64,000 bases of DNA from Alphaproteobacteria bacterium (GTDB lineage: Bacteria; Pseudomonadota; Alphaproteobacteria; MPNO01; UBA830). The notes below the pieces were generated by a model. That model was not told where the DNA came from and did no database searches. It saw only the letters and a list, made by a program, of their open reading frames with translations. Of this stretch, positions 1-11,612 are shown piece after piece (the first letter of the stretch is position 1; each line of letters opens with the position of its first letter). The stretch lies in assembly GCA_965221485.1 (NCBI GenBank), contig OZ244893.1, positions 3,762,641 to 3,826,640 of the forward strand, read 5' to 3'. A program made the position numbers and the translations under genes.

Positions 1-126
1 TAAAACGATGTTCTGAAACAGGCGGGTGAGAAAACCGGAATGGTGTCCGGCACTTGAAGTTCCAGGACGCTGGATGGGGACTGAGTTGGAAGGGAACGAC
101 AACTTTTTGAAGAACCGGAGGAGTGC

Positions 127-915
127 ATGTCATTGATCCTCTATGGGCATTCGACGTCCGTTTGCGTCCTCAAGGTCCGGCTGACCCTGCTGGAAAAAGG
201 CCTCGATTTTGAAGAGCGCTTTGTCGACCTCCGGCGGGGAGCCCAGTTCGAAACCGATTATCTCGCGCTCAATCCGGCCGGGGTTGTTCCCACACTTGTT
301 CATGACAGTCAGGCTTTGCGGGAAAGTTCGGTGATCCAGTATTTCCTGGAAGACAGATTTCCTGAACCCGGCCTGATGCCTGCGGATCCGCTGGCCCGCT
401 ACCATGTGAGATGGCTGATGCGCGTGATCGACGATCCTTTGCACGCGGCGTGTGGTGTCCTTACACAGGGAATTTCATTTCGAAAGGACTATCGAACACC
501 CGAAGAGATTGATGCGCGCATGGCGAAAATACCGGATCCGCGCAGACGGATGCGCCAGCGCTCGGTGTTCACCGAAGGACTTGGCTCTCCTTTCGTGGCC
601 GACGCGGTCCGGGACTATAATTCCTTCCTGATATCAATGGAGCAGAGGCTTGGTGAAGGGCCCTATCTGGGAGGATCGCTGTATTCCCTTGCGGATGCTG
701 CGGCAACACCCTATGTAAACCGGCTCGAGATGATCGGAATTGCCGATGTCTGGCAACAGACCTGCCCCCGTGTATGGTCGTGGTTTGAACGAATACGTGA
801 GCGTCCGAGCTACAGGAAGGCGGTGACCGATCATTTCACGGAGGATGACGCCGACCGGATGCGTCCCGTCGACGAGGATGCAGCAGATCGGGTTTCGGAC
901 ATTCTCGCAATTTGA
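127..915 (+). CDS. Glutathione S-transferase family protein
   Basis: N-terminal thioredoxin-like motifs (SVCVLKVRLTLLEKG, LNPAGVVPTLVH, LRESSVI) and C-terminal YSLADAA motif; RBS GGAG upstream. Confidence 0.9.
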   Translation: MSLILYGHSTSVCVLKVRLTLLEKGLDFEERFVDLRRGAQFETDYLALNPAGVVPTLVHDSQALRESSVIQYFLEDRFPEPGLMPADPLARYHVRWLMRVIDDPLHAACGVLTQGISFRKDYRTPEEIDARMAKIPDPRRRMRQRSVFTEGLGSPFVADAVRDYNSFLISMEQRLGEGPYLGGSLYSLADAAATPYVNRLEMIGIADVWQQTCPRVWSWFERIRERPSYRKAVTDHFTEDDADRMRPVDEDAADRVSDILAI

Positions 916-1038
916 ACCAACAATGTTTCAATAATGGAGGGTGTGCCGGTTCCGGCAAGAGCGGGATTGGACCAGCTGCGGCGGTTGGTGACGATCAGAG
1001 AGCCGGCTCCGGAATGACAGACCCGAAAGAGCGAGGCC

Positions 1039-1662
1039 ATGTCGAGGTATTCTGAAGCGGTGCGCGGGCGGCGCAAGCACCGTTGTGAAGAAGAGCTGTT
1101 TCTTTCAGCGATGGCAGATGTCCAGCCGATCACGAACCGTGAAGATGGTGTGCGGCAGCGGAAAGACGAGGACGCCGATCCGTCAGAGGCTCCGGGCCGG
1201 CCGGATGCGGCCACCACCCCGCCGCCGACTCGCAGGGCCATCGACACCGGATCGAAGCGCATCGAATGGTTGTCGACAGGTGAGAGCCGGGGTCTGGACC
1301 GGCGTACCATGGACCGTCTGCGCAAGGGCCAATTTCGCCCGGAAATTCGCCTGGATCTGCATGGGAGAACTGCGGACGAGGCTGTGCGGGCGGTGACCCG
1401 GTTTCTTGAGAATGCCCAGGCGTCGAGCAGGCGCTGCGTACTTGTTGTGACGGGCAAGGGCTCCCTGCGCGACGGAGGCGGCGTCCTGCGGCGTGAATTT
1501 CCGAACTGGCTGAATCTTCCGGCCAACCGGAAGCGTGTTCTCGGTTTTACAATGGCGCGGCCGAAGGATGGAGGCGGTGGGGCGTTTTACGTCCTGCTGC
1601 GGCGTCAGCGAGCCGGAAACACCGGTTTGCAAAAGAAGACCGGAACGGCAATCAAAGGATAA
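1039..1662 (+). CDS. Smr/MutS2 C-terminal domain protein
   Basis: LDLHG...VLVVTGKG...[11 protein letters not shown]mr signature; lies next to hslU as is usual in alphaproteobacteria; start uncertain. Confidence 0.88.
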   Translation: MSRYSEAVRGRRKHRCEEELFLSAMADVQPITNREDGVRQRKDEDADPSEAPGRPDAATTPPPTRRAIDTGSKRIEWLSTGESRGLDRRTMDRLRKGQFRPEIRLDLHGRTADEAVRAVTRFLENAQASSRRCVLVVTGKGSLRDGGGVLRREFPNWLNLPANRKRVLGFTMARPKDGGGGAFYVLLRRQRAGNTGLQKKTGTAIKG

Positions 1663-2959
1663 ATTTCGACAAATCTGCATCCTTGGCCAGATCGGTGACA
1701 TTTTCCCGGACCTGGTTCCCGTTGATCTCCACTCTTTCACCGCCGCGATCCGGTGCCGAAAAGGAAATATCTTCCAGAAGACGTTCCATGACCGTCTGCA
1801 ACCTGCGGGCACCGATATTCTCGACCGTACGATTTACCTCGGCGGCCACGGACGCCAACGCATCGATCGAGTCATCGGTGAAGACAAGTTCGATATCCTC
1901 TGTTTTCATGAGAGCCGTGTACTGGCGAATAAGATTGGCTTCGGGCTCTGTCAGAATGCGACGGAAGTCGGACTCGGTGAGGGCCTTGAGTTCGACGCGG
2001 ATAGGAAGTCGGCCCTGCAGTTCCGGCAAGAGGTCTGAAGGTTTGGCAAGGTGAAATGCGCCGGATGCGATGAACAGGATGTGGTCCGTTTTTACGGTTC
2101 CGTGCTTGGTCGGCACGTTGGTACCCTCGATCAGGGGCAAAAGATCGCGCTGGACGCCTTCACGGCTTACGTCCGCCCCGTAGCGGTCCGAGCGGGCACA
2201 TATCTTGTCGATCTCGTCAATGAACACGATCCCGTTCTGTTCCACCGCTTCCACCGCATCGCGGACCAGCTTGTCGTCGTCGACGAGCTTGTCGCTTTCC
2301 TGGCTAACCAGAATTTCATGACTGTCGGCGACAGTCATGGTCTTGGTTTTTGTCGAGCCGCCGAAAGCCTTTCCAAGCATGTCATTGAGGTTGATCATAC
2401 CCATCTGGGCGCCAGGCATTCCCGGAATGTCGAAGGTCGGCATACCGCTGCCGCCGGCGTCCTGGATTTCGATGGTGATTTCCCGATCGTCAAGCTGCCC
2501 GTCGCGCAGCATCTGCCGAAACTTCTGCCGCGTGCCATCGGCGGCGTTGCCGACCAGAGCATCGAGCACGCGGTTTTCCGCGTTCTTTTCGGCATCACTG
2601 GCCACTTCCTTGCGCATGCGTTCGCGGGTCATGTCAATGGCGATTTCAACGAGGTCACGAATGATGGACTCGACATCGCGCCCGACATAGCCGACTTCCG
2701 TAAACTTCGTGGCCTCGACCTTGATAAAGGGAGCCTGGGCAAGCCTTGCCAGGCGGCGTGCAATTTCTGTCTTTCCAACACCGGTAGGACCGATCATGAG
2801 GATGTTCTTGGGGAGCACTTCGTCGCGCAAATCTTCCTCGAGCTGCTGGCGCCGCCAGCGGTTTCGCAGAGCAATGGCAACCGCACGTTTCGCGTCGTTC
2901 TGGCCGACGATGAAGCGGTCGAGTTCGGAAACGATTTCGCGAGGGGAAAAATTCGTCAC
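1652..2959 (-). CDS. hslU: ATP-dependent protease ATPase subunit HslU
   Basis: [26 protein letters not shown] pore motif, C-terminal DLSKFIL. Confidence 0.98.
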   Translation of the reverse strand: MTNFSPREIVSELDRFIVGQNDAKRAVAIALRNRWRRQQLEEDLRDEVLPKNILMIGPTGVGKTEIARRLARLAQAPFIKVEATKFTEVGYVGRDVESIIRDLVEIAIDMTRERMRKEVASDAEKNAENRVLDALVGNAADGTRQKFRQMLRDGQLDDREITIEIQDAGGSGMPTFDIPGMPGAQMGMINLNDMLGKAFGGSTKTKTMTVADSHEILVSQESDKLVDDDKLVRDAVEAVEQNGIVFIDEIDKICARSDRYGADVSREGVQRDLLPLIEGTNVPTKHGTVKTDHILFIASGAFHLAKPSDLLPELQGRLPIRVELKALTESDFRRILTEPEANLIRQYTALMKTEDIELVFTDDSIDALASVAAEVNRTVENIGARRLQTVMERLLEDISFSAPDRGGERVEINGNQVRENVTDLAKDADLSKFIL

Positions 2960-2962
2960 GAT

Positions 2963-3508
2963 TTACAGGCCTTCAATAGCAATGGTGTGATTCGTGTAGA
3001 TACAGATGTCAGCCGCAATGGCCATCGCGCGTTCAGCGACAGCCCGGGCATTCAGATCCTCCTGATTGACCAGACCGCGGGCAGCTGCCAGTGCGAATGC
3101 ACCTCCCGAGCCGATACCGATCAGACCGTCTTCGGGTTCAAGAACATCTCCGGTTCCCGATAGTATGAGCGATACCTGCTCGTCGGCAACGGCCATCATG
3201 GCTTCGAGGCGGCGGAGATAGCGATCTGTTCGCCAGTCCTTGGCCAGTTCCACACAAGCGCGGGTCAGTTGTCCGGGATGCTGTTCGAGCTTGCCCTCGA
3301 GGCGTTCGAACAGCGTAAATGCGTCGGCAGTCGCACCGGCGAATCCGGCCAGAATGGTTCCGCCACCGAGGCGGCGCACCTTGCGGGCATTGGATTTCAT
3401 GACAGTTGGACCGAAAGTGACCTGGCCATCACCCGCGATGACCACGTCATTTCCCTTGCGAACTGACAGAATCGTGGTGCCGTGCCAGGTTTGATCATCG
3501 GGTCGCAT
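2963..3508 (-). CDS. hslV: ATP-dependent protease peptidase subunit HslV
   Basis: [10 protein letters not shown]-terminal Thr nucleophile, GSG motif; start moved to ATG 3508, which follows GGAGGAG. Confidence 0.97.
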   Translation of the reverse strand: MRPDDQTWHGTTILSVRKGNDVVIAGDGQVTFGPTVMKSNARKVRRLGGGTILAGFAGATADAFTLFERLEGKLEQHPGQLTRACVELAKDWRTDRYLRRLEAMMAVADEQVSLILSGTGDVLEPEDGLIGIGSGGAFALAAARGLVNQEDLNARAVAERAMAIAADICIYTNHTIAIEGL

Positions 3509-3561
3509 CACATCTCCTCCAATGCCTTTCATGGCAGGCCACGGCTGAACGTTTTCCGTCT

Positions 3562-3590
3562 AGTAAGACCGTAGGGACCGTTGCGTCAAG
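3562..3590 (-). promoter_or_regulatory. Candidate hslVU promoter (sigma32/sigma70-like)
   Basis: Minus strand CTTGAC-N17-CTTACT upstream of hslV. Confidence 0.4.
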
Positions 3591-3892
3591 CGCACTTCGT
3601 CTCGGGCCCGGCCCGGATGCGCTCAATGAATATGGGCCACCAGTCCGGAATAACAACACTCAACCCTCTGTAATTCCGTCTGGACACTATAGTGAACCAA
3701 ACGGTTTTTGCGACTGGTGGCCGCCTGTCCCATGGGGTCTGTCCGGGGGCCTACAGATTGTAGAATGACTTGCGTCGTAGTGTTTCCCTGTCCTGATACT
3801 GCCAAATACGGAATCCCAAGCAGGTGTCAGCCTTGATGGCAGGAGGCGATTCTGGTCGTTAGAATGCGCGTGGTTCGGGAGTACAGGAGTCT

Positions 3893-5143
3893 ATGGCGCG
3901 ATATTCCATCTTCAGCCTGGCCCGCAATGCAATTGGATACCACCGTGGATGGCCACGAGCCTGGCGCAGCCCGGATCCGCGGCCATCCTACGACGTCGTG
4001 ATTGTCGGCGGTGGTGGACACGGGCTTGCGACGGCGTACTATTTGGCCAGCGAACACGGTGCAAGCAACATTGCAGTGCTGGAGAAAGGATGGCTGGGTG
4101 GGGGCAATACCGGCCGAAACACAACCATCATCCGGTCAAACTATCTCTGGGATGAGAGTGCGGCGTTTTATGAACAATCCCTGAAGCTCTTCGAGACCCT
4201 GAGCCGGGAACTCAACTTCAATATCATGCTCAGCCAGCGTGGTGTTCTCAATCTTGCGCATAATGAGCATGACCTCAAGGAAATGTCCCGCAGGGTTCGT
4301 GCCATTCGGCTCAATGGCATCGATTCAGAAATTCTGGGCCCGGAGCAGGTCAAGGCCGAAGTACCAATCATCAATACTTCCCCCGAAGTCCGATACCCCA
4401 TTCTTGGTGCGTCCCTGCAACGGCGCGGGGGTGTGGCCAGGCATGATGCCGTGGCCTGGGGGTTCGCACGTGCCGCCGATGCAAGGGGGGTCGATATCAT
4501 CCAGAACTGCGAGGTTACCGGAATTCGCACGGAACATGGTCGGATCACGGGACTGGAAACAACGCGGGGCGCCATCCGGGTCCGAAAGGTGGGACTGGTA
4601 GCGGCAGGTCATTCCAGCGTTCTTGCCGCGATGGCGGGACTGCGACTGCCGATCGAAAGCCATCCTTTGCAGGCGCTTGTCTCTGAGCCCATCAAGCCAA
4701 TCCTGCACCGGGTCGTAATGTCCAATGCTGTCCATGTCTATGTCAGCCAGTCGGACAAGGGGGAACTGGTCATAGGTGCCGGTATCGATGGCTACAATTC
4801 CTATGCCCAGCGAGGCAGCTTCCAGATCATTGAAGGGCAGATGGGTGCATTGGTCGAGCTGTTTCCGGTTTTTTCCCGTCTCCGCATGCTGCGGCAATGG
4901 GCGGGTATCGTTGATATATGCCCGGACGCCAGCCCTATTGTGGGAAAGACACCGATCGAGGGCCTCTATATCAATTGCGGATGGGGAACAGGAGGCTTCA
5001 AGTCAACGCCGGGGTCGGGCTGGGTCTTCGCCTACACGATCGCCCATGACAGGCCCCATGAATTGAATGCTGCCTTTTCTCTGGAACGTTTTTCAAGTGG
5101 CGCCCTGATCGACGAACATGGTGCGGCAGCCGTTTCGCATTGA
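3893..5143 (+). CDS. soxB: Sarcosine oxidase subunit beta
   Basis: GGGGHG FAD-binding motif, [12 protein letters not shown]-terminal [10 protein letters not shown]. Confidence 0.96.
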   Translation: MARYSIFSLARNAIGYHRGWPRAWRSPDPRPSYDVVIVGGGGHGLATAYYLASEHGASNIAVLEKGWLGGGNTGRNTTIIRSNYLWDESAAFYEQSLKLFETLSRELNFNIMLSQRGVLNLAHNEHDLKEMSRRVRAIRLNGIDSEILGPEQVKAEVPIINTSPEVRYPILGASLQRRGGVARHDAVAWGFARAADARGVDIIQNCEVTGIRTEHGRITGLETTRGAIRVRKVGLVAAGHSSVLAAMAGLRLPIESHPLQALVSEPIKPILHRVVMSNAVHVYVSQSDKGELVIGAGIDGYNSYAQRGSFQIIEGQMGALVELFPVFSRLRMLRQWAGIVDICPDASPIVGKTPIEGLYINCGWGTGGFKSTPGSGWVFAYTIAHDRPHELNAAFSLERFSSGALIDEHGAAAVSH

Positions 5144-5150
5144 GGCCATC

Positions 5151-5459
5151 ATGTTCCTGATTCCCTGCCCATGGTGCGGAGAACGCGACGAGAGCGAATT
5201 CCTTTGCGGTGGTGAGGCCCATATTCCGCGGCCGCAAAATCCGGAGAGACTGAGTGATGAAGAATGGGCCGACTACCTGTTCATGCGGACCAATCCCAAG
5301 GGATGGCACCGCGAGCGCTGGTGGCATGTTCACGGCTGTAATCGCTGGTTCAATATTGAACGCAATACGGTCACGCATGAAATCCGCAAGGTCTACCTTA
5401 TGGGCGAAATCCCGGAGGAGACAGATACCGGACCACCGTTCACAGGTCGGGCGTCATGA
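5151..5459 (+). CDS. soxD: Sarcosine oxidase subunit delta
   Basis: IPCPWCGERDESEF...HVHGCNRWF zinc site; start corrected to ATG 5151. Confidence 0.95.
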   Translation: MFLIPCPWCGERDESEFLCGGEAHIPRPQNPERLSDEEWADYLFMRTNPKGWHRERWWHVHGCNRWFNIERNTVTHEIRKVYLMGEIPEETDTGPPFTGRAS

Positions 5460-8431
5460 GCCGGCGGTCTCGTCGCCTGCCGGAAGGCGGGCAGATCGAT
5501 CGCACCAGGCCACTTCGATTTACGTTCAATGGCCGGACTTGCATGGGGTATGAAGGTGATACCCTGGCCTCCGCCCTGATTGCGAATGGCGTCGATATTG
5601 TCGGCAGAAGTTTCAAGTATCACCGACCACGGGGAATTCTGTCCGCAGGCGTCGAAGAGTCCAACGCGGTCGTGCAGCTCGAAACGGGTGCCCACAGTCT
5701 TCCGAACCTTCAGGCTACGCTGATCGAGCTCCATGAAGGTCTGACAGCGGCCAGTGTCAATGGCTGGCCGAGCGTGCGCCTGGATGTCGGAGCCTTCAAC
5801 GACTTCGTTTACAGGTTGATTCCGAGCGGTTTCTATTACAAGACCTTCATGTGGCCGCGGGGTGGCTGGCGTTTCTACGAGCGCTTTATCCGCCGGATGT
5901 CAGGGCTTGGGCGCGCTCCGGATGGCCCCGATCCTGACCGGTATGAGCACATGAATGCGCATTGTGATGTCCTGGTGGTTGGGGCTGGCCCGGCCGGGCT
6001 TGCAGCAGCAACGGCGGCGGCGCACCGGGGAGAAAGGGTCATTCTCGCGGACGAGGACAGCCGTCCTGGCGGATCGTTGCTGAACCGCGGGTGGAACGAT
6101 GAAACTCCCGATTCCACCTGGATAACGGACACGGTTGCAGAACTGAAGAACCTCGACCTGGTCCGCATTTTGTTGCGGACAACCGTTACGGGATATTTCG
6201 ATCACAACTTCCTGGTTGCACTGGAACGCGTGACGGATCACGGTGCTGACCACGCTCCCCGGGTCCTGCCGCGTCAACGGCTGTGGCGCATCCGCGCCCG
6301 ACGCGTGATTCTCGCGACCGGAGCTCACGAACGCCCCGTCGTGTTTGCGAACAATGATCGTCCGGGAATCATGCTCGCCGGGGCTGCCCGCGCTTACATC
6401 AATCGTTTCGCGGTTCGGCCGGGTGATCGGGCCCTGATCGTTACGAATAATGACAGCGCCTATTTTGCGGTCCGGGACTTCTCCCGGGCGGGGATGACGG
6501 TCTCCGGTATTGTTGATCTCCGTGCAGGGGGGGCTGGTCTGAAGGCAAGAGCTGCGGTCGGACCGGAGATTGAGATCATGGACGGGCATGCCGTTGTCGA
6601 TACCAGGGGTCGTGCCCGGGTACGGGTTGCAAGCGTTGCACCCGTCGACGCAGAGGGAGCCATTTCCGGGCCGGTGCGCAGGATTCGTTGCGATCTGATT
6701 GCAATGTCCGGAGGGTGGAGCCCGGTACTCCACCTGTTGTCGCAGTCCGGTGGCCGGCTGAGTTGGGATGGAGAATTGTGCGCGTTCCGACCGGGTCACG
6801 GACCCCAGCAAACAAGATGTGCGGGCGCAGCAAACGGGTTCTTTGAAATGGCGGCCTGTCGCGCGGATGGCGAGGCAGCGGGGAATGCCCTGGTCGTTGG
6901 CGCTGAACCGGCACCATCCTCGAAGACCCGGAGTACATCAAAGCCGCTCTGGTTGAATCCGGCGCCTTCGTTTGCTGCCGGCGAACGACGTTTTGTTGAT
7001 TTCCAGAATGACGTGACTGCATCCGATATCATGTTGGCAGCCCGGGAGGGCTACGAATCGGTAGAGCATCTGAAACGCTACACGACACTTGGTATGGGGA
7101 CCGATCAAGGAAAGGTAGGCAATGTAAACGGTCTGGCCATTCTGGCCGATGAGCTCAATATCCCCGTTTCTGAGGCGGGTATGACGACGTTCCGCCCTCC
7201 CTACACACCCGTTACCCTCGGCGCGATTGCGGGTCGCGATACCGGACTGCTGGCGGATCCGGAAAGACGAACACCGATGCAGGCGTGGCATGCAAAGCAG
7301 GGGGCGGAATTCGAAAACGTGGGGCAGTGGAGGCGTCCGTTCTGGTATCCGCAGTCAGGCGAATCCCGGCCCCAGGCCGTTGTCCGGGAATGCAAGGCCG
7401 TCCGCTCGCATGTCGGTATCATGGACATGTCATCGCTTGGCAAGATCATGCTGAAGGGGCCCGATACCGCGGAATTCCTCAATCGCATTTACACCAACAA
7501 CTGGCTTCATTTGCCGGTGGGGCGCTGTCGCTACGGCCTGATGCTGGGCGAGGACGGGATGGTGATGGATGACGGTGTAACTGCACGTCTCGCGGAAGAT
7601 CTGTATTTCATGACCACCACGACCGGAAACGCTGCTACGGTCTACGCGTGGCTCGAGGAATGGCTCCAGACCGAATGGCCGGAACTGAGGGTTTATGTGA
7701 CGTCGGTCACCGAGCAGTATGCTTCAGCGGCAATTGCCGGGCCGCGGGCGCGTGATGTGATCGGGCCGCTGACCAGTGACATCGATCTGGCTCCTGATGC
7801 GTTTCCGTTCATGACCTGGCGCAAGGGTCATGTCGCCGGTTTGCCTGCCCGTGTATTTCGGATCAGCTATACCGGAGAGATGTCTTACGAAATCAGTGTG
7901 CGGGCCCGTGATGGTATGGCCCTCTGGAACGCCGTGATCGAGCAGGGAAAGCGATACGATATCACGCCGTTCGGAACCGAGGCCATGCATGTTCTTCGGG
8001 CCGAGAAGGGGTATATCCTGATCGGTCAGGAGACTGATGGATCCGTCACACCGCACGACCTCGGGTTGCACAGACTAGTATCGGCGAACAAGGACTTCAT
8101 CGGCAAACGGTCTCTTGATCGCGCGGCCATGCGTGATCCGGCCCGAAAGCGCCTGGTGGGGCTGAAGACGAAGGATCCGTCTGTGGTATTGCCCGAAGGA
8201 GCACAGCTTTTGCCTGGTCCATTGTCGGGGTTGCCTGCGACCATGATCGGGCATGTCACGTCGAGCTACTGGAGCGTCGCTCTCAATCGCTCGATCGCGC
8301 TCGCGCTGGTCAGGGGGGGCAAGGAAAGGGAAAATCCGATCGTTCATGTGGCGCTGGACCGTGGTACGGTTGAAGCGACGATCTGCGATTTCCGCTTTTA
8401 CGACCCTGAAGGTGATCGCTTGCATGGGTGA
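5456..8431 (+). CDS. soxA: Sarcosine oxidase subunit alpha
   Basis: GRSFKYHRPRG, KRYTTLGMGTDQGK, C-terminal GcvT-like folate-binding domain; ATGA overlap with soxD. Confidence 0.96.
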   Translation: MSRRSRRLPEGGQIDRTRPLRFTFNGRTCMGYEGDTLASALIANGVDIVGRSFKYHRPRGILSAGVEESNAVVQLETGAHSLPNLQATLIELHEGLTAASVNGWPSVRLDVGAFNDFVYRLIPSGFYYKTFMWPRGGWRFYERFIRRMSGLGRAPDGPDPDRYEHMNAHCDVLVVGAGPAGLAAATAAAHRGERVILADEDSRPGGSLLNRGWNDETPDSTWITDTVAELKNLDLVRILLRTTVTGYFDHNFLVALERVTDHGADHAPRVLPRQRLWRIRARRVILATGAHERPVVFANNDRPGIMLAGAARAYINRFAVRPGDRALIVTNNDSAYFAVRDFSRAGMTVSGIVDLRAGGAGLKARAAVGPEIEIMDGHAVVDTRGRARVRVASVAPVDAEGAISGPVRRIRCDLIAMSGGWSPVLHLLSQSGGRLSWDGELCAFRPGHGPQQTRCAGAANGFFEMAACRADGEAAGNALVVGAEPAPSSKTRSTSKPLWLNPAPSFAAGERRFVDFQNDVTASDIMLAAREGYESVEHLKRYTTLGMGTDQGKVGNVNGLAILADELNIPVSEAGMTTFRPPYTPVTLGAIAGRDTGLLADPERRTPMQAWHAKQGAEFENVGQWRRPFWYPQSGESRPQAVVRECKAVRSHVGIMDMSSLGKIMLKGPDTAEFLNRIYTNNWLHLPVGRCRYGLMLGEDGMVMDDGVTARLAEDLYFMTTTTGNAATVYAWLEEWLQTEWPELRVYVTSVTEQYASAAIAGPRARDVIGPLTSDIDLAPDAFPFMTWRKGHVAGLPARVFRISYTGEMSYEISVRARDGMALWNAVIEQGKRYDITPFGTEAMHVLRAEKGYILIGQETDGSVTPHDLGLHRLVSANKDFIGKRSLDRAAMRDPARKRLVGLKTKDPSVVLPEGAQLLPGPLSGLPATMIGHVTSSYWSVALNRSIALALVRGGKERENPIVHVALDRGTVEATICDFRFYDPEGDRLHG

Positions 8432-8996
8432 GACCACCATGTTGCCGAAGCCAGAGCTCCGGTTTGACGAATGTTCCCCGCGGGGCCGGATCAATTTGCG
8501 GGGGGATGCCCGAATCGCGGGATTTCGCGACAGAATCACCGCCACGATCGGTGTAGGCCTGCCCGGGGAATGCAATATTTCGGTCACGGGACCTGACTGT
8601 GTGGTTCTGTGGCTGGGACCTGACGAATGGCTGATCGAGACCCCTGCGGAAAAGGAGCAGGCAACCGTTCGGGCGCTGGAGGCGTCACTCGGTGACCATC
8701 ACGCAGCCGTTACGGCGCTTGGTGACGCCAGTGTGACATTCCGGCTTGGGGGACCGTGCGCGGCGACAGTGCTGGCAAAGGGGGTGACACTGGATCTTGA
8801 TCCGCGGCAGTTCCGTGCCGGTTCCTGCGCGAGAAGCCGTCTCGCGAGGACATCTGTCCTGTTGCACAGGCCTGACGATGACCTCATGTATGAAATTACG
8901 GTTCCTCGCAGCTTTGCAGATTATGCCCGCCGGTGGCTTGAAGATGCTGTCATGATGTGCCCGGAAGCTTGGGATACCATTGAATCCGGTCAGTAG
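8424..8996 (+). CDS. soxG: Sarcosine oxidase subunit gamma
   Basis: LWLGPDEWLI and RSFADY motifs; operon position; start at ATG 8424 or slightly later. Confidence 0.92.
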   Translation: MGETTMLPKPELRFDECSPRGRINLRGDARIAGFRDRITATIGVGLPGECNISVTGPDCVVLWLGPDEWLIETPAEKEQATVRALEASLGDHHAAVTALGDASVTFRLGGPCAATVLAKGVTLDLDPRQFRAGSCARSRLARTSVLLHRPDDDLMYEITVPRSFADYARRWLEDAVMMCPEAWDTIESGQ

Positions 8997-9938
8997 GTGA
9001 TCATCGACTTCAAACAGGACTGAGTTCCTCAAGGCATTGTTACTGCTCACGACCACTGCCGTTCGTTTTCAGGATCGTGGGAAGCGCCGGAATGGTTCTG
9101 GACCGATACCGTTTCCCGGAAATTCCGGTGTCCTGTTCAGTGCCGGCACTTCAGGATCTATTGCCAATATGTCCGACGGAGAGAGACGGGTTTGAGAAAT
9201 ATCCAATGGCACCATTGATGATGTGGACGATCGTCGTGTTTTGTGCTGAGAGCGGTTGGTTGCCGTCCATGTCCGCGTCATGGATTCCCGATTTGTCCAT
9301 GGTTTAAAAATTCTGCGGCTTTCGATTTTTGCGCTGGGGAAACCTGGCCCTTCGGCCTACAGATTTTCTCTCTGCGGGCAGGGCAAAGCGCTCCGGTCCG
9401 ATCTCAGGAAGGGTGTGTTCGCGGGTGAGGTCCTGTGCCCAAAGGGGTCAGGATTTTTCTGTCCAGAGCGAGTGCATGCTGTACCTGTCGTAATGCCTGC
9501 ATTCGAACCCGGCATCTGCCTCCGGCAGCACCAGAATGATATGGTGGTTGTATTCGATCAGAAAGCGGGGCTCTCGTAAGGGTTCAACCACAGAGATGAT
9601 GCACAGCATGCTGACCGCAGCCACTCCCAAATGGCAGCGGCCGCCTGTGAGTCATCCAGGGGACCCGATGTCGAGGTGGACATCGGTGATCCGAAACACA
9701 ACCATTCTGGCTCCGGCGGGGATGGCGATGACGAACGTGCTTTGGAGACTGACAAGGCGTTCCGGGCGGATGCGTCCGTTCTCTTGCAGAGCATTTCCAG
9801 AAGTGTCACCGGCAGGTCTCGCGGTCGCATCCCTGATGAGCGTGGTGATTGACAGGGCTGATCCATTCACCGATTTTCGAGAGCGGTAATCGCCGCATTG
9901 GTCGGGAATGTGGATCTTACTGCCCGGAGCACATCATC

Positions 9939-10868
9939 ATGGCACTTTTGATAGTCAACCTCATGACGGGATCGGCTGCAGAATGGCGAGCAGCCATCAA
10001 TACCGAATTGCCTGAACTGGATGTGCGCTTCTGGCCGGATATTGGCGATCCATCCGAAATTGAATTCCTGGCTTTCACGCAGCCCAACCTGGATGACTGG
10101 CCGGATTTTCCGAACCTCAAGGCGATGCTGACACGTCAGGCCGGGGTTGACGGATTTATAAATCATCCCGATTTGCCGGATGTTCCCCTGTCCAAACTGG
10201 AACCGGAAGGTGGGGATCCCATGATGACGGAATATGTCATCATGCATGTGCTCCGTCTGCATCGAAACATGCCCACCTACCGGCAGCATCAGATCCGCAG
10301 GAAATGGCAACCGGTGAAGCAGAAGAGACCCGAGGATCGCACCGTCGGCTTTCTTGGTTACGGGGTCATGGCGCGAAAACCCGCGCGCATCCTGCGAGAT
10401 ATGGGATTTGACGTTGCAGCATGGACGCGAACACCGAAGCCCCGTGCCGAAATCCCTGTCCATTCTGGTGCCGACGGGTTCGATGCGATCCTGCAACGCT
10501 CGGACGTCGTTGTCTGCCTGTTGCCCCTGACCGCGGAGACGCGCGGCATCCTGAATGCTGAGGCGTTCGCGAAGATGCCGGGAGGCAGCATGCTCATCAA
10601 CCTGGGTCGTGGTGAACATGTCGTAATCGATGATCTGATAGCGGCTCTGGACTCCGGTCATCTCTGCCACGCTGCCCTTGATGTGCACGTCCCCGAACCT
10701 CTGCCCTCTGGCAGCCCGCTCTGGGACCATCCCGGGGTGACCGTCATGCCACATGTTGCGAGACGCCCGAACATTGCTCAACTGGCACCGCAAATCATAG
10801 CCAACATTCGGCGCTGCTATGCGGGTCAGCCACTGCTCCAGGAGGTCGACCGCATCACAGGCTACTAG
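9939..10868 (+). CDS. ghrA: Glyoxylate/hydroxypyruvate reductase A-like 2-hydroxyacid dehydrogenase
   Basis: GFLGYGVMA NAD(P)-binding motif, LLPLTAETRG, NLGRG, EPLP...HP...PHVA. Confidence 0.85.
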   Translation: MALLIVNLMTGSAAEWRAAINTELPELDVRFWPDIGDPSEIEFLAFTQPNLDDWPDFPNLKAMLTRQAGVDGFINHPDLPDVPLSKLEPEGGDPMMTEYVIMHVLRLHRNMPTYRQHQIRRKWQPVKQKRPEDRTVGFLGYGVMARKPARILRDMGFDVAAWTRTPKPRAEIPVHSGADGFDAILQRSDVVVCLLPLTAETRGILNAEAFAKMPGGSMLINLGRGEHVVIDDLIAALDSGHLCHAALDVHVPEPLPSGSPLWDHPGVTVMPHVARRPNIAQLAPQIIANIRRCYAGQPLLQEVDRITGY

Positions 10869-11461
10869 TCAGGGGCTGATACTCCCGTCAACGACCTGGA
10901 CAGGCCGTTGTTCACGCTGGTGCAAACTGCTATGGGATGGCCGCCTGGATCCGCGAAGGCGCGTCGTCAATGTGAGAAAGTCTGCGAACGGGAGCCCGGG
11001 GAACCTGCTGTCCGTGGTAAGAGGGTGCCAGGCATCTCACGGCGTTGGTTGTTATCCGAAAGAACGGGTATCTGGTGAAAAAGCCAAGTCGTGCGGTTAC
11101 TCGTCTCCCCGCGTCTGCTGGAGGATGGTTTTCCTTTCCGGTTCCGTTGCATTGTTGCGCGACAGGCCAGATTGTTCAACGGGCTCGTACCCTGGGATCA
11201 ATGTCCCGGCTTGTGTCAGAGGACCGAAACCGGGTTCTGGCGCGTGCACCGGGCAGTCGCTCGACGATATCCTCAGTGATCCGACCTGGGACGCCGACAA
11301 GGGTGGCTGCGCAGGATGCCGGTCGTGTCCGGGTGCGGTTGGCCCCGGGGTTCCCGGTTGGAGAGCTGTCACAAGGCGCTCCCGCCCCTCAACATCAATG
11401 GACCCGGGATCACACAGGGAGGCCGCGCCGGATCGGTAATTTTTCAAGCATTGTGCGTCCC

Positions 11462-11492
11462 AAAAAAACACCCCCCTCGGAAGAGGCAGGTG
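11462..11492 (-). terminator. Rho-independent terminator of the lipoprotein gene
   Basis: Minus strand CACCTGCCTC-TTCC-GAGGGGGGTG followed by T7. Confidence 0.7.
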
Positions 11493-11612
11493 CAATGTAC
11501 CATTGTCAGATTAACAAGGAAGCCGTCTCACGGGTTGTTCCACAGGCCGGTCCCTGGATCCTGTACCAAACTTCTGTCAGGAAATCAGATGATTTTGTTT
11601 CCCCGCTTGTGC

